Source: Octopus sinensis
Lineage: Eukaryota
DNA: 64,000 nt
Assembly (NCBI RefSeq): GCF_006345805.1
Contig: NC_043007.1
Span: forward strand, 76,632,001-76,696,000
Direction: 5' to 3'
Shown: positions 13,725 to 25,871 of the stretch, piece after piece
How positions within the stretch are numbered: the first letter of the stretch is position 1
Layout of the letters: the number at the start of each line of letters is the position of its first letter
Translations under genes and position numbers: made by a program
Notes under the pieces: model-generated
Databases searched by the model: none
What the model was told of the DNA's origin: nothing
Seen by the model: only the letters and a program-made list of their open reading frames with translations

Positions 13725-14010
13725 TATCCTTGTTTCAGTCATTGGATTGTGGCCATGTTGGGGCACTGTCTTGTAGGGTTTTTTTTTATCAAATGAATTG
13801 ACTGCCAGGACTTATTTTTTTAGTCTGGTACTTATCTCTTTTGACTAACCACTAAGTTATAAGGATGTATACAAATCAACACTAGTTGACAAGTGGTAGT
13901 AGTAGGGGGAACAAACACAGACACAGAAAACACATACACACACAAAACAGGCTCCTTTCAGTTTCTGTCTACCAAATTCACTCATAATGCATTGGTCAAC
14001 CTGGGGCTAA
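13725..14010 (-). mobile_element. SINE family C copy, decayed
   Basis: Similar to 12001-12405 (tttcagtcattggattgtggccatg..acaaacacagacac..tttcagtttctgtctaccaaattcactc). Confidence 0.7.
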
Positions 14011-15016
14011 AGTAGGAGATTCTTGTGCTGATGCCATGTAAAAAGCATCCAGTATACTTTGTAAAGTGATTGGTATTAGGAAGGGCATCCAGCCATAGAA
14101 ACCATGCCAAAACAGATAATTGGTACATGGTGCAGCTCTCCAGCATGCCACCACTTGTCAAACCATTCAACCCATACCAGTATGGAAAATGGGTTTAATG
14201 TTTATAAATACAGAATTCTCAGCTTCATGAAGTAGCTATGATGTACATATTCATATTTTTAATACTTAATATATTTTTATACTATAAGAATACCGTGCTT
14301 AATGCATGACTTTATCGCAGATATGGAGAGTATATTATAAATTATGAATTCAAACAATGCACATGTGAATCCATAAGTGAATTGTGTTTCTCGGACCTGA
14401 AAGCCATGAAACATGTAGAGGAATGCCATACAATGTAGATCCTCATTGTCCACTGAAAATCTCACCCACAACACAAAAATAAAATCTGCCATTTAACAAG
14501 TTTACTGAAAAATGAAGGATCTGTACTTCTCACTATTTTCTACATCATGCATCAAACACAGGTCTGAGAAATTTTATTCATTTGAACATTAATTCATGTG
14601 TATTTGTATTTATAATTATATGCTCTGTATATTTTGGATAATGTCCTCAATTCAGTTCTCTTTGTTTTTATAACTACATGGTTTTAAGTTCAGTCTCACT
14701 GCATGGCATCTTGGGAAATTTTTTTCTACTATAGCCTTGGGCTCATCAATTTCATGTGAGTGAAATTGCTAAGCAGTAACTACAAAAGCTTGTTTGTGTG
14801 TATGTAAACCTGTATGTTTATATCTTTATTTCTCTTGCAACTTAGCAGTTTGACAGATATTTATATGTGCCATATGTATATGTGTTTGTATATATTTGTA
14901 TGTATGTGGGAATATGTACTTCCATGTATGTGTAATAGATTTTATGTGCTGTTTATACATGTATATATACCCTAAATATATGTATACCTATTTTACATAT
15001 ATGTAATGTCTATCTT

Positions 15017-15064
15017 TCTGTCTGTCTATCTATCTATCTATCCTATGTAAGATGATATGCATTG

Positions 15065-15112
<48 letters not shown>

Positions 15113-15610
15113 TATATATATTGTGTGTGTGTGTATGTGTGTGTGTATGTATATATATATATATTTATTGTGTGTATGTATGTGTGTGTGTGTATAGATA
15201 TTGTATGTATGTGTGTGTGTGTGTGTGTATAGATATTGTATGTATATGTTTGTGTGTATAGATATTGTATGCAAGTGTGTGTGTATAGATATTGTATGCA
15301 AGTGTGTGTGTATAGATATTGTGTGCGTGTGTATATATATATTGTATGCATCTGTGTATATATATATATATATTGTATGCATGTGTATGTGTGTGTATAT
15401 TGTATGTATGTGTGTATATATATTGTGTGTATGTATGTATGTGTGCGTGTATATATTGTATGTATGTATGTGTGTGTGTGTGTGTATATATATATATACA
15501 TTGTGTGTGTGTATGTATATATATGGGGATTCATGTGTGTGTAATGTTCATCAGATACACACCTTCATATGTATGCAAACATATACACACGTGTTACACA
15601 CACACACACA
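15017..15610. repeat. Large compound microsatellite with a ~22-nt higher-order unit (tgtgtgtatagatattgtatg..)
   Basis: (TCTA)n, (TA)n, (TG)n; the gtatagatattgt unit repeats about five times between 15190 and 15325. Confidence 0.9.
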
Positions 15611-16984
15611 TACATATATTTATTTATTTTCATGTTATGACCCACTTTCTGCTGGTGACTAATGACTAGACTGAGTTTTCACATGCTAAGAATATTTGAA
15701 CCAACTCTTGTGCATATATTGATTATTTTTCTGGCCTCTGGTAAGAATAATGTCAAATTGCTCTGTATCCAGTTCAAATATATTCCTTCTATGATTAATT
15801 TGAATATCTGACAATTAAATATCAAAAATAAGAACAATGAATAAATAAGAAATGAATAATCTGAATATACAAATTATCTTGGTGACCACGTTTTTAAAAG
15901 AAATAAGTCTTTGGAATGATATCTGATTACATAGAATGAATTTGAGAATTAAACTAAGTGTGTGAAAGAAATTTTAGCCAAGTGTTATTATAATGAATAC
16001 ATTCCTGGGATGCATTATGTAGTAAAATAACTTGTTTACAGGGTTAATGCTTTGTGTGCATTTTATGCTATACTGTCTTGTAGAATGTTGTTCTTTCTTA
16101 GATTTTAACATATTTGTTACTAGCGTGCAGATTTGGATTATGACTGATATTAATGTAATAAAATATGAACTGTTGAGAAATATATTAAGTTTGAATGCAA
16201 GAGATTATGGTTGGCATATAGAGGGATGGTAGGTTTACTCATGTACACTTGTTGTATGTAGAAGTGTAAGGTACTGAATGAAGAAAACTTTAGGATGTGT
16301 GTGTGTGTACGTGTACATGTTGTAGCAGAACCATCCAAGCTGTGGGAACAATATTCCAATATGAGCCTCACCTGAACTTTATAGAGGACTGGCAGTTTTG
16401 CTGGACATGCTAAAAGAGACACTGCAGGGCAATGCGGTCCTTGTACCCATCAGATCCTGTCAGACTGTCTAACTCATGCCAACATAGAACATGCAGGTAA
16501 AATGATGACAATAATAATGTCTGTTTACAAATGTAAATATGTGCACCTGCGCACGCACGTGTGCACACACACACACACACTTGTATTAGACCAAAAAAGA
16601 ATTAAAGAAATATAAAGGAGAATCTACATATATATATATTTGTGTGTGTGTGTGTGTGTGTTTTTATAAGAAGTATATAGTGTACTCATCTAGTGTATAC
16701 ATGTTTTGTATATCTATATGTGTATATAATGTGTATATATGTATATAATATATATGTATGATGTGTATATGATATGTATATATGTGAGTAAATTGCTGCC
16801 ATTTCAGATTTTTAATTTCGCACATGCACATTCTTTGTTTTTGATTTTGTCGACTACACAGTACAGTAGGGTCAGTTGGGCACCGTCTGTGAGAAAAACA
16901 GCACCATGATGCAGTTCACTCTGCCAGAAATGATATGCTCTACTGCTTGGCATTTGCACTGGAAGTTCCAATATGAATAGATGG

Positions 16985-17115
16985 TGAACACATGGAACAA
17001 CTGTACTGAGAGTAATAAAAATCAAACTTCCAGTCAACATCATGGTGTTTCGAGTGATCACTAATGATGGTGACATTATGCCTCCATCTTCCCACATGGC
17101 CTCTGACTCAACTCG
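16985..17115 (+). mobile_element. Tc1/mariner-superfamily transposase fragment
   Basis: Translation VIKIKLPVNIMVFRVITNDGDIMPP resembles the K.P..IMVFGV.TSDG.VMPP segment of DDD/E transposases. Confidence 0.55.
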
Positions 17116-17254
17116 TAGGCCTGCATCCAGTGCATCCTTTTGGAGTCAATAAATTAAGTACCAGTTGCAAACTGGGGTTGATCTTATTGACTGGCGCCCT
17201 CCCTCAATATTTTGGGCCTTGTGCCTAGAGTAGAAAAGAATATGCTGTATTTGA

Positions 17255-17762
17255 GAAAACCTGTCGAGTCAAGTGAAATCATTGTTGTGGCTGATGCCAG
17301 TACCATCTAACTGGCACCCATGCTGATGGCATGTAAAAAGCACCGTTTGAGTGTGGTCAATGCCAGTGCCACTGGACTGGCTCCCATTTTGGTGACATGT
17401 AAAAAGCACCATATGAGTGTGGTTGATGCCAGTCCTGCTTGACCGGTTCCTGTACTGGTGGCACGTAAAAGCACCATTTGAGCGTGGTCAATGCCAGTGC
17501 CACCTGACTGGATCCCATGCTGGGTGGCACGTAAAAGGCACTATTCGAGTGTGGTCGATACCATTGTCACTTGACTGGCCTCTTTGCCGGTGGCATGTAA
17601 AAAGTACCTACTTCACTCTCAAAGTGGTTGGTGTTAAGAAGGGCATCCAGCTGTAGAAACTTTGCCAGATCAGATTGGTGCCTGGTGCAGCCTCCTGGCT
17701 TACCAGTTCGCAGTCAAATCATCCAACCCTTGCCAGTATGGAAAGTGGACATTAAATGATGA
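17255..17762 (+). mobile_element. RTE 3'-region copy with five tandem ~66-nt subunits
   Basis: Units start at 17295, 17361, 17427, 17492 and 17559; standard tail gtggacattaaatgatgat. Confidence 0.8.
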
Positions 17763-17804
17763 TATATGTATATAATATATATATATGTATATAATGTATA
17801 TATA

Positions 17805-17851
<47 letters not shown>

Positions 17852-17863
17852 TATATATATATA

Positions 17864-17995
17864 GGGAGAGTTTATGAAAAAACAACAAAAGACGAAGACA
17901 GGTGGTGTACAAAACAAACAGATGTATTAGTATATATATAAATATACACACACACACACACACATACATATATATATATACACACACACACATAT

Positions 17996-18042
<47 letters not shown>

Positions 18043-18156
18043 GGGAGAGTTTATGAAAAAACAACAAAAGACGAAGACAGGTGGTGTACAAAACAAACAG
18101 ATGTATTAGTATATATATAAATATACACACACACACACACATACATATATATATAT

Positions 18157-18195
<39 letters not shown>
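17864..18195. repeat. Tandem duplication, 179-bp period (unique ~70-bp core plus CA/TA runs)
   Basis: gggagagtttatgaaaaaacaacaaaagacgaagacaggtggtgtacaaaacaaacagatgtattagtat is identical at 17864 and 18043. Confidence 0.9.
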
Positions 18196-18198
<3 letters not shown>

Positions 18199-18458
18199 TC
18201 ATCATCATCATCATCATCATCGTTTAACGTCCGTTCTCCATGCTAGCATGGATTGGCCGGTTCGACCGGGGATCTGGGAAGCCAGAAGGCTGCACCAGGC
18301 TCCGGTCTTATCTGGCAATGTTTCTACAGCTGGATGCCCTTCCTAATGCCAACCACTCCATGAGTGTAGTGGGTGCTTTTTACGTGCCACCTGCACTGGT
18401 GCCAGGCGAGGCTGGCATCGGCCACGGTCGGATTGGTGCATTTTACGTGCCACCTGCA
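18195..18458 (-). mobile_element. RTE 3'-region copy, young
   Basis: (ATC)n tail, cgtttaacgtccg..gatgcccttcctaatgccaaccactcc..ttttacgtgccacc; CpG-rich. Confidence 0.85.
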
Positions 18459-18551
18459 CACACATACATACATATATATGTATATATATATAAAAACCAT
18501 GAGAGAAGATGGAAATTAATAAAGGTTTATTAATACATTGACAAGACCAGA

Positions 18552-18657
18552 CCTACAATTGTTTCAGTTCATCACTTGCAGCATAAAATCAACCAAATTT
18601 AATTTAATTTAACTAAATCAATTTAGTTAATTACTACAAGTGAGAATGTCTTCAGGG
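18552..18657 (-). ncRNA. Degenerate hammerhead-like motif with long stem II
   Basis: Reverse complement: CC CTGAAGA C ..TCACTTGTAG..CTGCAAGTGA.. GAAAC AATTGT A GG; core boxes are present, but stem I has only 2 bp. Confidence 0.45.
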
Positions 18658-18829
18658 AATGATGTACAAAGAAATTTCTCATATTTAAAACGTAACGAAA
18701 ACATTAAAAAGGAAGAAGTCGTTTTTTTTACTTAAGTTGTGTCTCCTGGAACCAATTAACAACTTAGGGTGGGGTATACCTGTACGTCACTTATAAAACT
18801 AGCAAAGAGGAAAATATGTTTGAAGTGGT

Positions 18830-19355
18830 TGGCTTAGTGGTTGGGGTATTCAGCTCACAATCATAAGGTTCTGAGTTCAAGTTCTGCTGGTGTATTGTGT
18901 CTTTGAGCAATATTATATATTCTTCCAGTTCACTCAGCTGGAAAAAAATGAGTAGTACCTGTATTTCAAAGGGCCATCCTTGTCACATTTTATGTCACAC
19001 TGAATCTTCCTGAGAACTATATTAGGAGTTTGTGTGTGTGAAGTGCTCAGCCACTTGCACTTCCATTTCACAAGCAGACTTATGTTGATTGGATTGTAAG
19101 TTGGTGAGTTCAAGTCCCACTGGTGTGTTGTGTCCTTGAGCAAGAAACTTTATTTCATGTGCTCTAGTCCACTCAAAAATGAGTAATACCTGCATTTCAA
19201 AGGCCCAGCCTTGTCACATTCTGTGTCATGCGAATTTCCCTAAGAACTATGCTAACCGTCCACATGTCTGTTAATTTCACAAGCAGCCTGTTCCATTGAT
19301 CAGATCAACAGTAACTCTTGTCATCATAATTGGCAGAGTGCAAGTGCTAGTGCCA
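18830..19355 (+). mobile_element. SINE family B, two decayed tandem copies
   Basis: tggcttagtggttggggta..ttctgagttcaag..gtgtctttgagcaa..gtatttcaaagggccatccttgtcaca, repeated twice; similar to 24965-25275. Confidence 0.7.
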
Positions 19356-19357
19356 GT

Positions 19358-19400
<43 letters not shown>

Positions 19401-19402
<2 letters not shown>

Positions 19403-19598
19403 TGCTTCACACATTGGACTGTGGCTAAGCTGGGGCTCCACCTTCAAAAGTTTTAGTTGAATGAATTGACCCTAGTACTTATTTTTAGGGCCTGGTACTT
19501 ATTCCGTTGGTCTCTTCTGCTGAATTGCTGAATTACAATGATGTAAGCAAATCTGCACCAGCTGTCAAGCAGTCATGGAGGCCAAACACACACATGTT

Positions 19599-19653
<55 letters not shown>

Positions 19654-19800
19654 CAGGCTTCTTTCAGATTTTGTCTACCAAAACCACTCAAGTTTTTGAA
19701 CATCCTGGGGCTATAATAGAAGACACTTGCCCAAGGTGTTTTGCTGTAGGACTTAACTTGGAACCATGTGGTTGGGAAGCAAATTTCTTACTATACCTGT
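19401..19800 (-). mobile_element. SINE family C copy with expanded internal (TA)n
   Basis: Same flanks as 12001-12405 around a (TA)n run at ~19593-19650. Confidence 0.75.
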
Positions 19801-19814
19801 TTCTCAAAGAAAAA

Positions 19815-19934
19815 GACATTTACATCACCTAATTACCTAGATTTCACAAGTGGTCACTCATCTAAATACTGACCAGGCTCAACTTTGCTTAACTTCAGTG
19901 ATCAGACAAGAACTGGTGTTTTCAACATGAAAGG
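19815..19934 (-). pseudogene. 5S rRNA pseudogene or 5S-derived sequence
   Basis: Reverse complement catgttgaaaacaccagttcttgtctgatcactgaagttaagcaaagttgagcctggtcagtatttagatgagtgaccacttgtgaaatctagg follows animal 5S rRNA (box A AGTTAAGC, box C-like TAGATGAGTGACC); 5' end lost; CpG sites decayed; ends in a T-run. Confidence 0.8.
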
Positions 19935-20489
19935 TTTGTGAATCATATATACAGTGTGTGTATGTGTGTGTGTGTGTGTGTATAGTAAGAAGGATTAGTA
20001 AGAGTAAGAATCATTATCTCACTGAAATGACCTAGTGGTTAAAATCCACCCCCTACCTTCACACACACACAAGCCATACAACCCAGTATAATTTAAAACT
20101 TTGTTGATGTGCTTATGAAACAGGAAAATTATTTTTAAGACAGGTTTCTAATGAAAACATATTACTTCAGGCAAGTAGTCAAAAAATTTAGTGTTTTTCT
20201 TTTCACAATAACAGTCTAAACATACTTTAAAAAATCAGTAACACCTATCTTATATATAAAAAATAAAGCTTATTTAAATCTTCATATTATGAGTTAATAC
20301 ACAGAAAATAAATACTGAATGAAGACTTTGCAATTCAGTATCATTGAATTTTAAATTTTATCTCGTAGAAAGAATATCTTGTGTTAATCCACTGCCAAAT
20401 AAACTAAGTATTATAAAGCACAGAATGCTCTTTTTTTTTTTTAATGTTTGCTCATATGACCAGAAAAAATATGCATACACACACACACA

Positions 20490-20530
<41 letters not shown>

Positions 20531-21509
20531 TGGCTTCATCTTGACAGATAGTAACTGTCTTGTCATTCCCTATTCAGTCGTCATTATTGTCAGTATTATA
20601 ATCCACTTTACTATGTTTGCATGTCTTGAACAGATTTTTACCAACACAGTCCCACCGTTACATTCCTTTGTTATTTTCTTAGTGAGGTTCACATTGAGAA
20701 TAGCTTTCATTAGTTCATGTCATCTTTCGTGTTCTTCTACAGATTCCTTTCACTTGGATTTTCTGGCCCCACCTTTTTTTTTTTTACCTATCTGTTGCCC
20801 ATGTGCAAAAACAGTCATCTCTCTTGTACACTACATCTAATTTCTCTTATACTCAGTTTAACTCTCGGCTAATATGTACCATGCCATTTGTGCACACTTA
20901 CCTTATACACCTAGTGAAACATGCTTGTTTCATTTCTCTCTATCCTTCTCATATCTTCTGCATTCAGTGCCCATGACCCACTACCATGCAGCATTGCACT
21001 TCATATGTAAGCAACTTTAACTTTACCACATACACAGAGAAAGTAGCATTGAAGAGAATCTGAAGGTGAAAGAAAAACAGTTTAGCATCACAAACATATG
21101 TTTCTGTATCTAACATGCACATGCAAACTCAACTATCACTTTGTTACAGCTAACAATCTTTCTACATCTCCTCTCTAGACTTCTGTCTGTTTTACCTCAG
21201 GGACTTTGAATTCAGGATTATTTTAGTTTTGGTCTTATTCAGAGTTGCATCTGGCTCTTTCTGCAAAATTTGATAAGAATCATTGGGAAATGGCAATGTT
21301 GTTACAAAAAAACCTTTTATGTTCATTGTGTGTGTGCATATGTACACACATACACAGAGTAATGTGTTTATTCATGTATGAAGGATGTGCAGTCAATTTC
21401 TGCTCATATGCTCTAAAAAGAAATGGAAGATCTGACAATTATGTGTATCCTCATCATCATCTTTTAGCATCTACCTTCCATGCTAGCATAGGTTGGACAG
21501 TTTAACAGG

Positions 21510-21745
21510 TGCCAATGTTGTGGCCATGCTGGGGTATCACCTTAAAGGAGATTAGTTAAACAAATTGACCCCAAGACTTATTTTTTAAAGCCTGGTACTT
21601 ATTCTGTTGGCCTCTTTCACTGAACTGCTAAGTTATGGGGACACAAACAAACCAACACTGTCCGGCGGTGGGGGGAGGGGGGGAAGACGCACGCACACAC
21701 ACACACACACACACCAGTTTCCATCTGCCAAATCTATGAAATATA
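21510..21745 (-). mobile_element. SINE family C 3' portion with internal G-run and (CA)n
   Basis: gtggccatgctggggtatcacc..cctggtacttattctgttggcctctttcactgaactgctaagtt..(CA)n..cagtttccatctgccaaatc. Confidence 0.7.
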
Positions 21746-22167
21746 AAAGTTGAATATATATGGTGCAAACAAGAAATCTTTTGACAGGAAGTTCTAAAGT
21801 AAGAGTAAATTTTATTTCTTCCACAGTAAAGTGCTTAGTTCTAGTTGAATTGCAGTTATATGTGTTTCAGGACTTGATGGCAGTGACAGTTATTTGTGAT
21901 ACAGGACTTTGAGATAAAATTAATAGTTCAATCATTTAAGAAAGTCATGTCCCAGAATTATAGAAGAAGGCATGTTAGTCAAAATTTTGATATGTAAATG
22001 CATCATTTTCATGAGGAAAAAAAAATGATGCTTGAAATACAAAAATAATTAAGAAACTGTTTATGTTAAGTTGCCTGATCACTTTGAAGATATTGCCTAG
22101 AAGTTAGGAGTAAATCCATTTGTTTATTCTTTTTATAGCAAGGATTGTAGTTGCTGATCTTTGTTCT

Positions 22168-22244
22168 TTTTGACTGACATGCTGATGAAAAATGTTCAAA
22201 GTTTTTGCCATTGTGGCAAGTTTTGCACATTGCTGGACAAACAG
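22168..22244 (-). mobile_element. Possible Ty3/Gypsy gag zinc-knuckle remnant
   Basis: VCPAMCKTCHNGKNFEHFSSACQSK = CPA.GKTC-type CX2(C>G)X4HX4C; flanks contain stops. Confidence 0.4.
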
Positions 22245-22691
22245 ATTAGTCATGATAGAGGTCATGTATCTTTGTTTTTTTAAGATAATTTCTTCATGAT
22301 TTCAGCAGTATACTTGTTGTTCAGTGAGTTGGGCACTAGTTTTGCTGCAGTTTCAGATAGGGCATTGAAAACAAAGGAAGATCACTGGCACACACTGGAA
22401 TTCTTGGAGCAGCTTTGAGAGACTCAGAGATTTACCTGTTCCAAATTCAATGAAGACTTCTCAAGGAGTTGTAATTATATATGGTCATAGGACCCTGAAT
22501 TTTTAATACTTCCCTTTAAATGTACATCAATTATAGCCAGAAATGTACAGTGTCTGGCAGTGGTATATAGAATTGTAACATAAGATCTTGCCTCCACCTG
22601 CTTACTGTTTTTGTACCTGCAGATTCTAATTAGAATCTGCAGAAATTGATTCTGCTGTTTAATTATTAATATTTTTAATTTTATAGTTCAG

Positions 22692-22743
22692 GTAATCTAT
22701 AATGTGGCTGGAGACTGAAGATGAAACAAAGTTAGTAAACAGA
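22692..22743 (+). CDS. Candidate exon, possibly containing a start (MWLETEDETKLVNR from 22702)
   Basis: Acceptor tttttaatttttatagttcag, donor AGA|gtgagt; product unrecognised. Confidence 0.3.
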
Positions 22744-23200
22744 GTGAGTTTAGCAAGCAGTGTGTCTTTATTGTTCATTTGGGTGTGAGAACTGAACCAG
22801 AAAATTTTTAGGAATGTAGTTTTTCAGTATGTACGTACTGTGTTTCTATCTGATCAAGTTTCACCAGTGCAGTGTGACTGTAGAAAAATTTCTATTTGTT
22901 ATTGTTATACTTAATGTATAACAATATCTACTGAAGTTCTTACTTGTTGCACTTGTGAAAAAATATTTCAGAGATTTTGCCCAGTAAATTGTTGTGACAA
23001 GAAATAGTTTTTGAGAACCATATTGTTTTATGTAGCCAACAATATGGTCAACTGCAGCATTTGAAACATAAGTGTAAATGTATCTATTTTTAATGTAAAT
23101 AGTTGGCTGCTTTCCTTCAAATAACAGGAAGTAGCAATAATGATTTCATAGCAATTTGTCAAATGAATATTTGAGGTTTTTGTTTGTAAAATATATTTAA

Positions 23201-24823
23201 CCCTTTAGTGTTCAGATTAATCTGTCAAATGCTTATTTGTTCACATTATTTTGAATTATTTAGGCTCAAGAGGGGTATCCACAATATTTGCTTATAACGT
23301 TAATTTTTTACATACAGATTTGAAATTTTGTCAGCAGGTGCTTTATATACCAGTGGTTTCTTGTTATGTAATTTTAGCTGATCTTTCTGATTAAATTTGA
23401 CTTTTATTGGCAGGTAAATTTAATTAACAGGTGTAAAAGCAATAACATTATGAATAAACACTAAAATTGAAATTCCTAATGCAACTTATCTGTTTGATTT
23501 GTTACTAAATTTATCCCAGATGTCAACCGCTAACAATTTTGCCACTTTTCAAGATGAAGTACATTAATTTGAATTAATTAAAATATAGGTATAATCAGTA
23601 CAAAATTTTATTCTTTCTCTATATTTCATTCAAACATTTTCATTGAAAATAAAGTACAAAACTCTTTTACTAGTCAATACAGCATTGGCTATGTACTCTT
23701 ATACAATTTAATGAATACATTTATATAACAGAATACATCTAATAAAAGCTCATTAACAGGTGAGACAAAGGTGAATACAGGTGTGTAACATGCTGAAAAT
23801 TAATATGTATTTCTCACTTCCGTTTATTTTTTCCACTTCATGGAAGTCAATATTTTCTGTTGACATTCACCTCAGTTAATTTTGTTTTCCTCCCAGTTCT
23901 GTACTTTCTGAAAGAAAAGCCCTCATGTAACTGAGTTGCAATGTCAACCTGAAATTTCAAATGGTCATAGTCCTTTGGTAGTGGAAGTACCTTGTGGCTT
24001 TTTACATAAACAATATTTGAATTAATTATAGTTAGACATAATGCTGGAAATATATGGATCACCATGCCTTATATCAAGACTCTAGTAGTTCCACAGACGA
24101 GGAAGCTGCTTGATACCAAACTATAGTAAAAAAAGCTTGCATTTCCAAAGTATCAGTTGGCTGCCATAGTGGATTTTGTCTTCTGTGAATAGAAATTATA
24201 TATTGAGCATATTTATTTGTTTCCTCCATAACTGTTTCAAAAAAAAAAAAAGTTTTGGTAAAAATAGTCCAATGGTTGAGCATCAGGAGGTAGACTGTGT
24301 TGTGGACTAGTCTTTCCTGTGAAATTAGGAATTGTTGTTGATTTAGTAATCTTCAACCATGTTGCCGTAATGTCTTCACTATCATTTTCATCACTTTAAT
24401 TTTTATCACTTTCATTATCAAAATCATCCTCGTCTGACAAAAATTCATAAATATCAATATCAGATTCGTCTGAAGACAAATCGCAGTTGTTTATGTTTAT
24501 ATTTTGTACATCATCAGGAGTAAAACCTTCAAAGTCAGAATTGCTACTTGCTGACGCCATATCGTTAAAAACTAAGATGTACACTTCTCTTCAAATGTTG
24601 AAAAAACCAAGAAATCTCGAAAATTTCACAGTAATTTTTACTTGAATAAAGACAGGAAAGGCTTTATCTTGCATTATCTCAAATCTATGAGAACTCAATA
24701 ACGTGGTTTGTTTATTTTTCTAGTGATTTCATAAAGGAATCAGATACTGCTGGATTTGGTTGGTTCAAATAAATAAAGGGGAATTATTTTCGGCTGGTTT
24801 TGGCTAGTCTGAACACTAAAAAC
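23201..24823 (-). mobile_element. piggyBac remnant, internally deleted transposase
   Basis: TTAA|CCCTTTAGTGTTCAGA at 23197-23216; degenerate inverted end tctgaacactaaa near 24808-24820; minus ORF pieces: acidic MASASSNSDFEGF..SSDESDID, ETVMEETNKYA..WQPTDTLEMQAF, and DHLKFQVDIATQL. Confidence 0.75.
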
Positions 24824-24964
24824 AATTTGCAGTAGTTATATTCTTTTTCTTTTTGGCTGTAAAAATAGTTTTGTCTGATTGTTAGATATTGAAAATGAAT
24901 ATTATTTAGGTAATTGTTTTCCATTTAGGAAATTTTGTATGTGTATGTGTGTATGTATGTATGT

Positions 24965-25275
24965 GGAGGCACAATGGCTCAGTGGTTAGGGCAGCAGACT
25001 CATTGTCATAGGATCATGATTTCGATTCCCAGACCGGACATTGTGAGTGTTTATTGAGCGAAAACACCTAAAGCTCCATGAGGCTCCAGCAGGGGTGGTG
25101 GTGAACCCTGCTATACTCTTTCACCACAGCTTTCTCTCACTCTTTCTTCCTGTTTCTGTTGTACCTGTATATCAAGGGGTCAGCCTTATCACACTCTGTG
25201 TCACGCTGAATCTCCCTGAGAATTACGTTAAGGGTACATGTGTCTGTGAAGTGCTCAGCCACTTACATATTAAGA
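24965..25275 (+). mobile_element. tRNA-derived SINE family B
   Basis: ggaggcacaatggctcagtggttagggcagcagactc..gatttcgattccc (A and B boxes), body gagcgaaaacacctaaagctcc..ccttatcacactctgtgtcacgctgaatctccc. Confidence 0.8.
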
Positions 25276-25487
25276 AATGAGCTGCGATGTCACTGGTGCC
25301 AAGCTGTATCGGCCCCTTTGCCTTTCCCTTGGATAACATCAGTGGTGTGGGGAGGTTGGTATGCATGGGTGACTGCTGGTCTTCCATAAACAAACTTGCC
25401 CGGACTTGTGCCTTGGAGGGTAACTTTCTAGGTGCAAACTCATGGTCGGTCATTCATGACCAAAGGTGGTCACAACAATGTATGTAT

Positions 25488-25612
25488 GTTATGTATGTAT
25501 GTATGCATGTAATGTATGTATGTGATGTAATGTATGTGTGTAATGCAATGTATGTGTGTAGTGTAATGCAATGTATGTAATGCAATGCATGTATATAATG
25601 TAATGTATATAT
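25488..25612. repeat. (ATGT)/(ATGTA) microsatellite
   Basis: Seen directly. Confidence 0.9.
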
Positions 25613-25766
25613 TTATTGGAGTTATCTGAATGCTGACTAATACTTAACTTTTTGTAGCCACTACTAATGCTGTTTCAGATTTAAAAGTAATTGTCTCTGA
25701 CTTTTGTTTCCTACAAATTAAAATGTTACGGTACCAAAAGTTTCTATTCTTTTAAATTCCCATCAG

Positions 25767-25871
25767 AATCTTTTCTGCATTATGTATATGGAAGATGGAG
25801 TGAAGTGTACTTGCACCTTGTGTCTCCTTATACTGGAAAACTCTTTAAGTTTTCTCACTTCATTAACATAA
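25767..25871 (+). CDS. Candidate phase-1/1 exon (SFLHYVYGRWSEVYLHLVSPYTGKLFKFSHFINI)
   Basis: Acceptor tttctattcttttaaattcccatcag, donor TAA|gtattg; 105 nt, open in one phase. Confidence 0.3.
   Translation, partial: NLFCIMYMEDGVKCTCTLCLLILENSLSFLTSLT

Noticed and set aside
14277-14492. Coding-like segment open on both strands, with retained CpGs
   Set aside because: No recognisable motif, and no consistent acceptor/donor pair on either strand.
17295-17620. CRISPR-like array
   Set aside because: Whole units are diverged copies of each other with no repeat/unique-spacer alternation; eukaryotic retroelement context; no cas genes.
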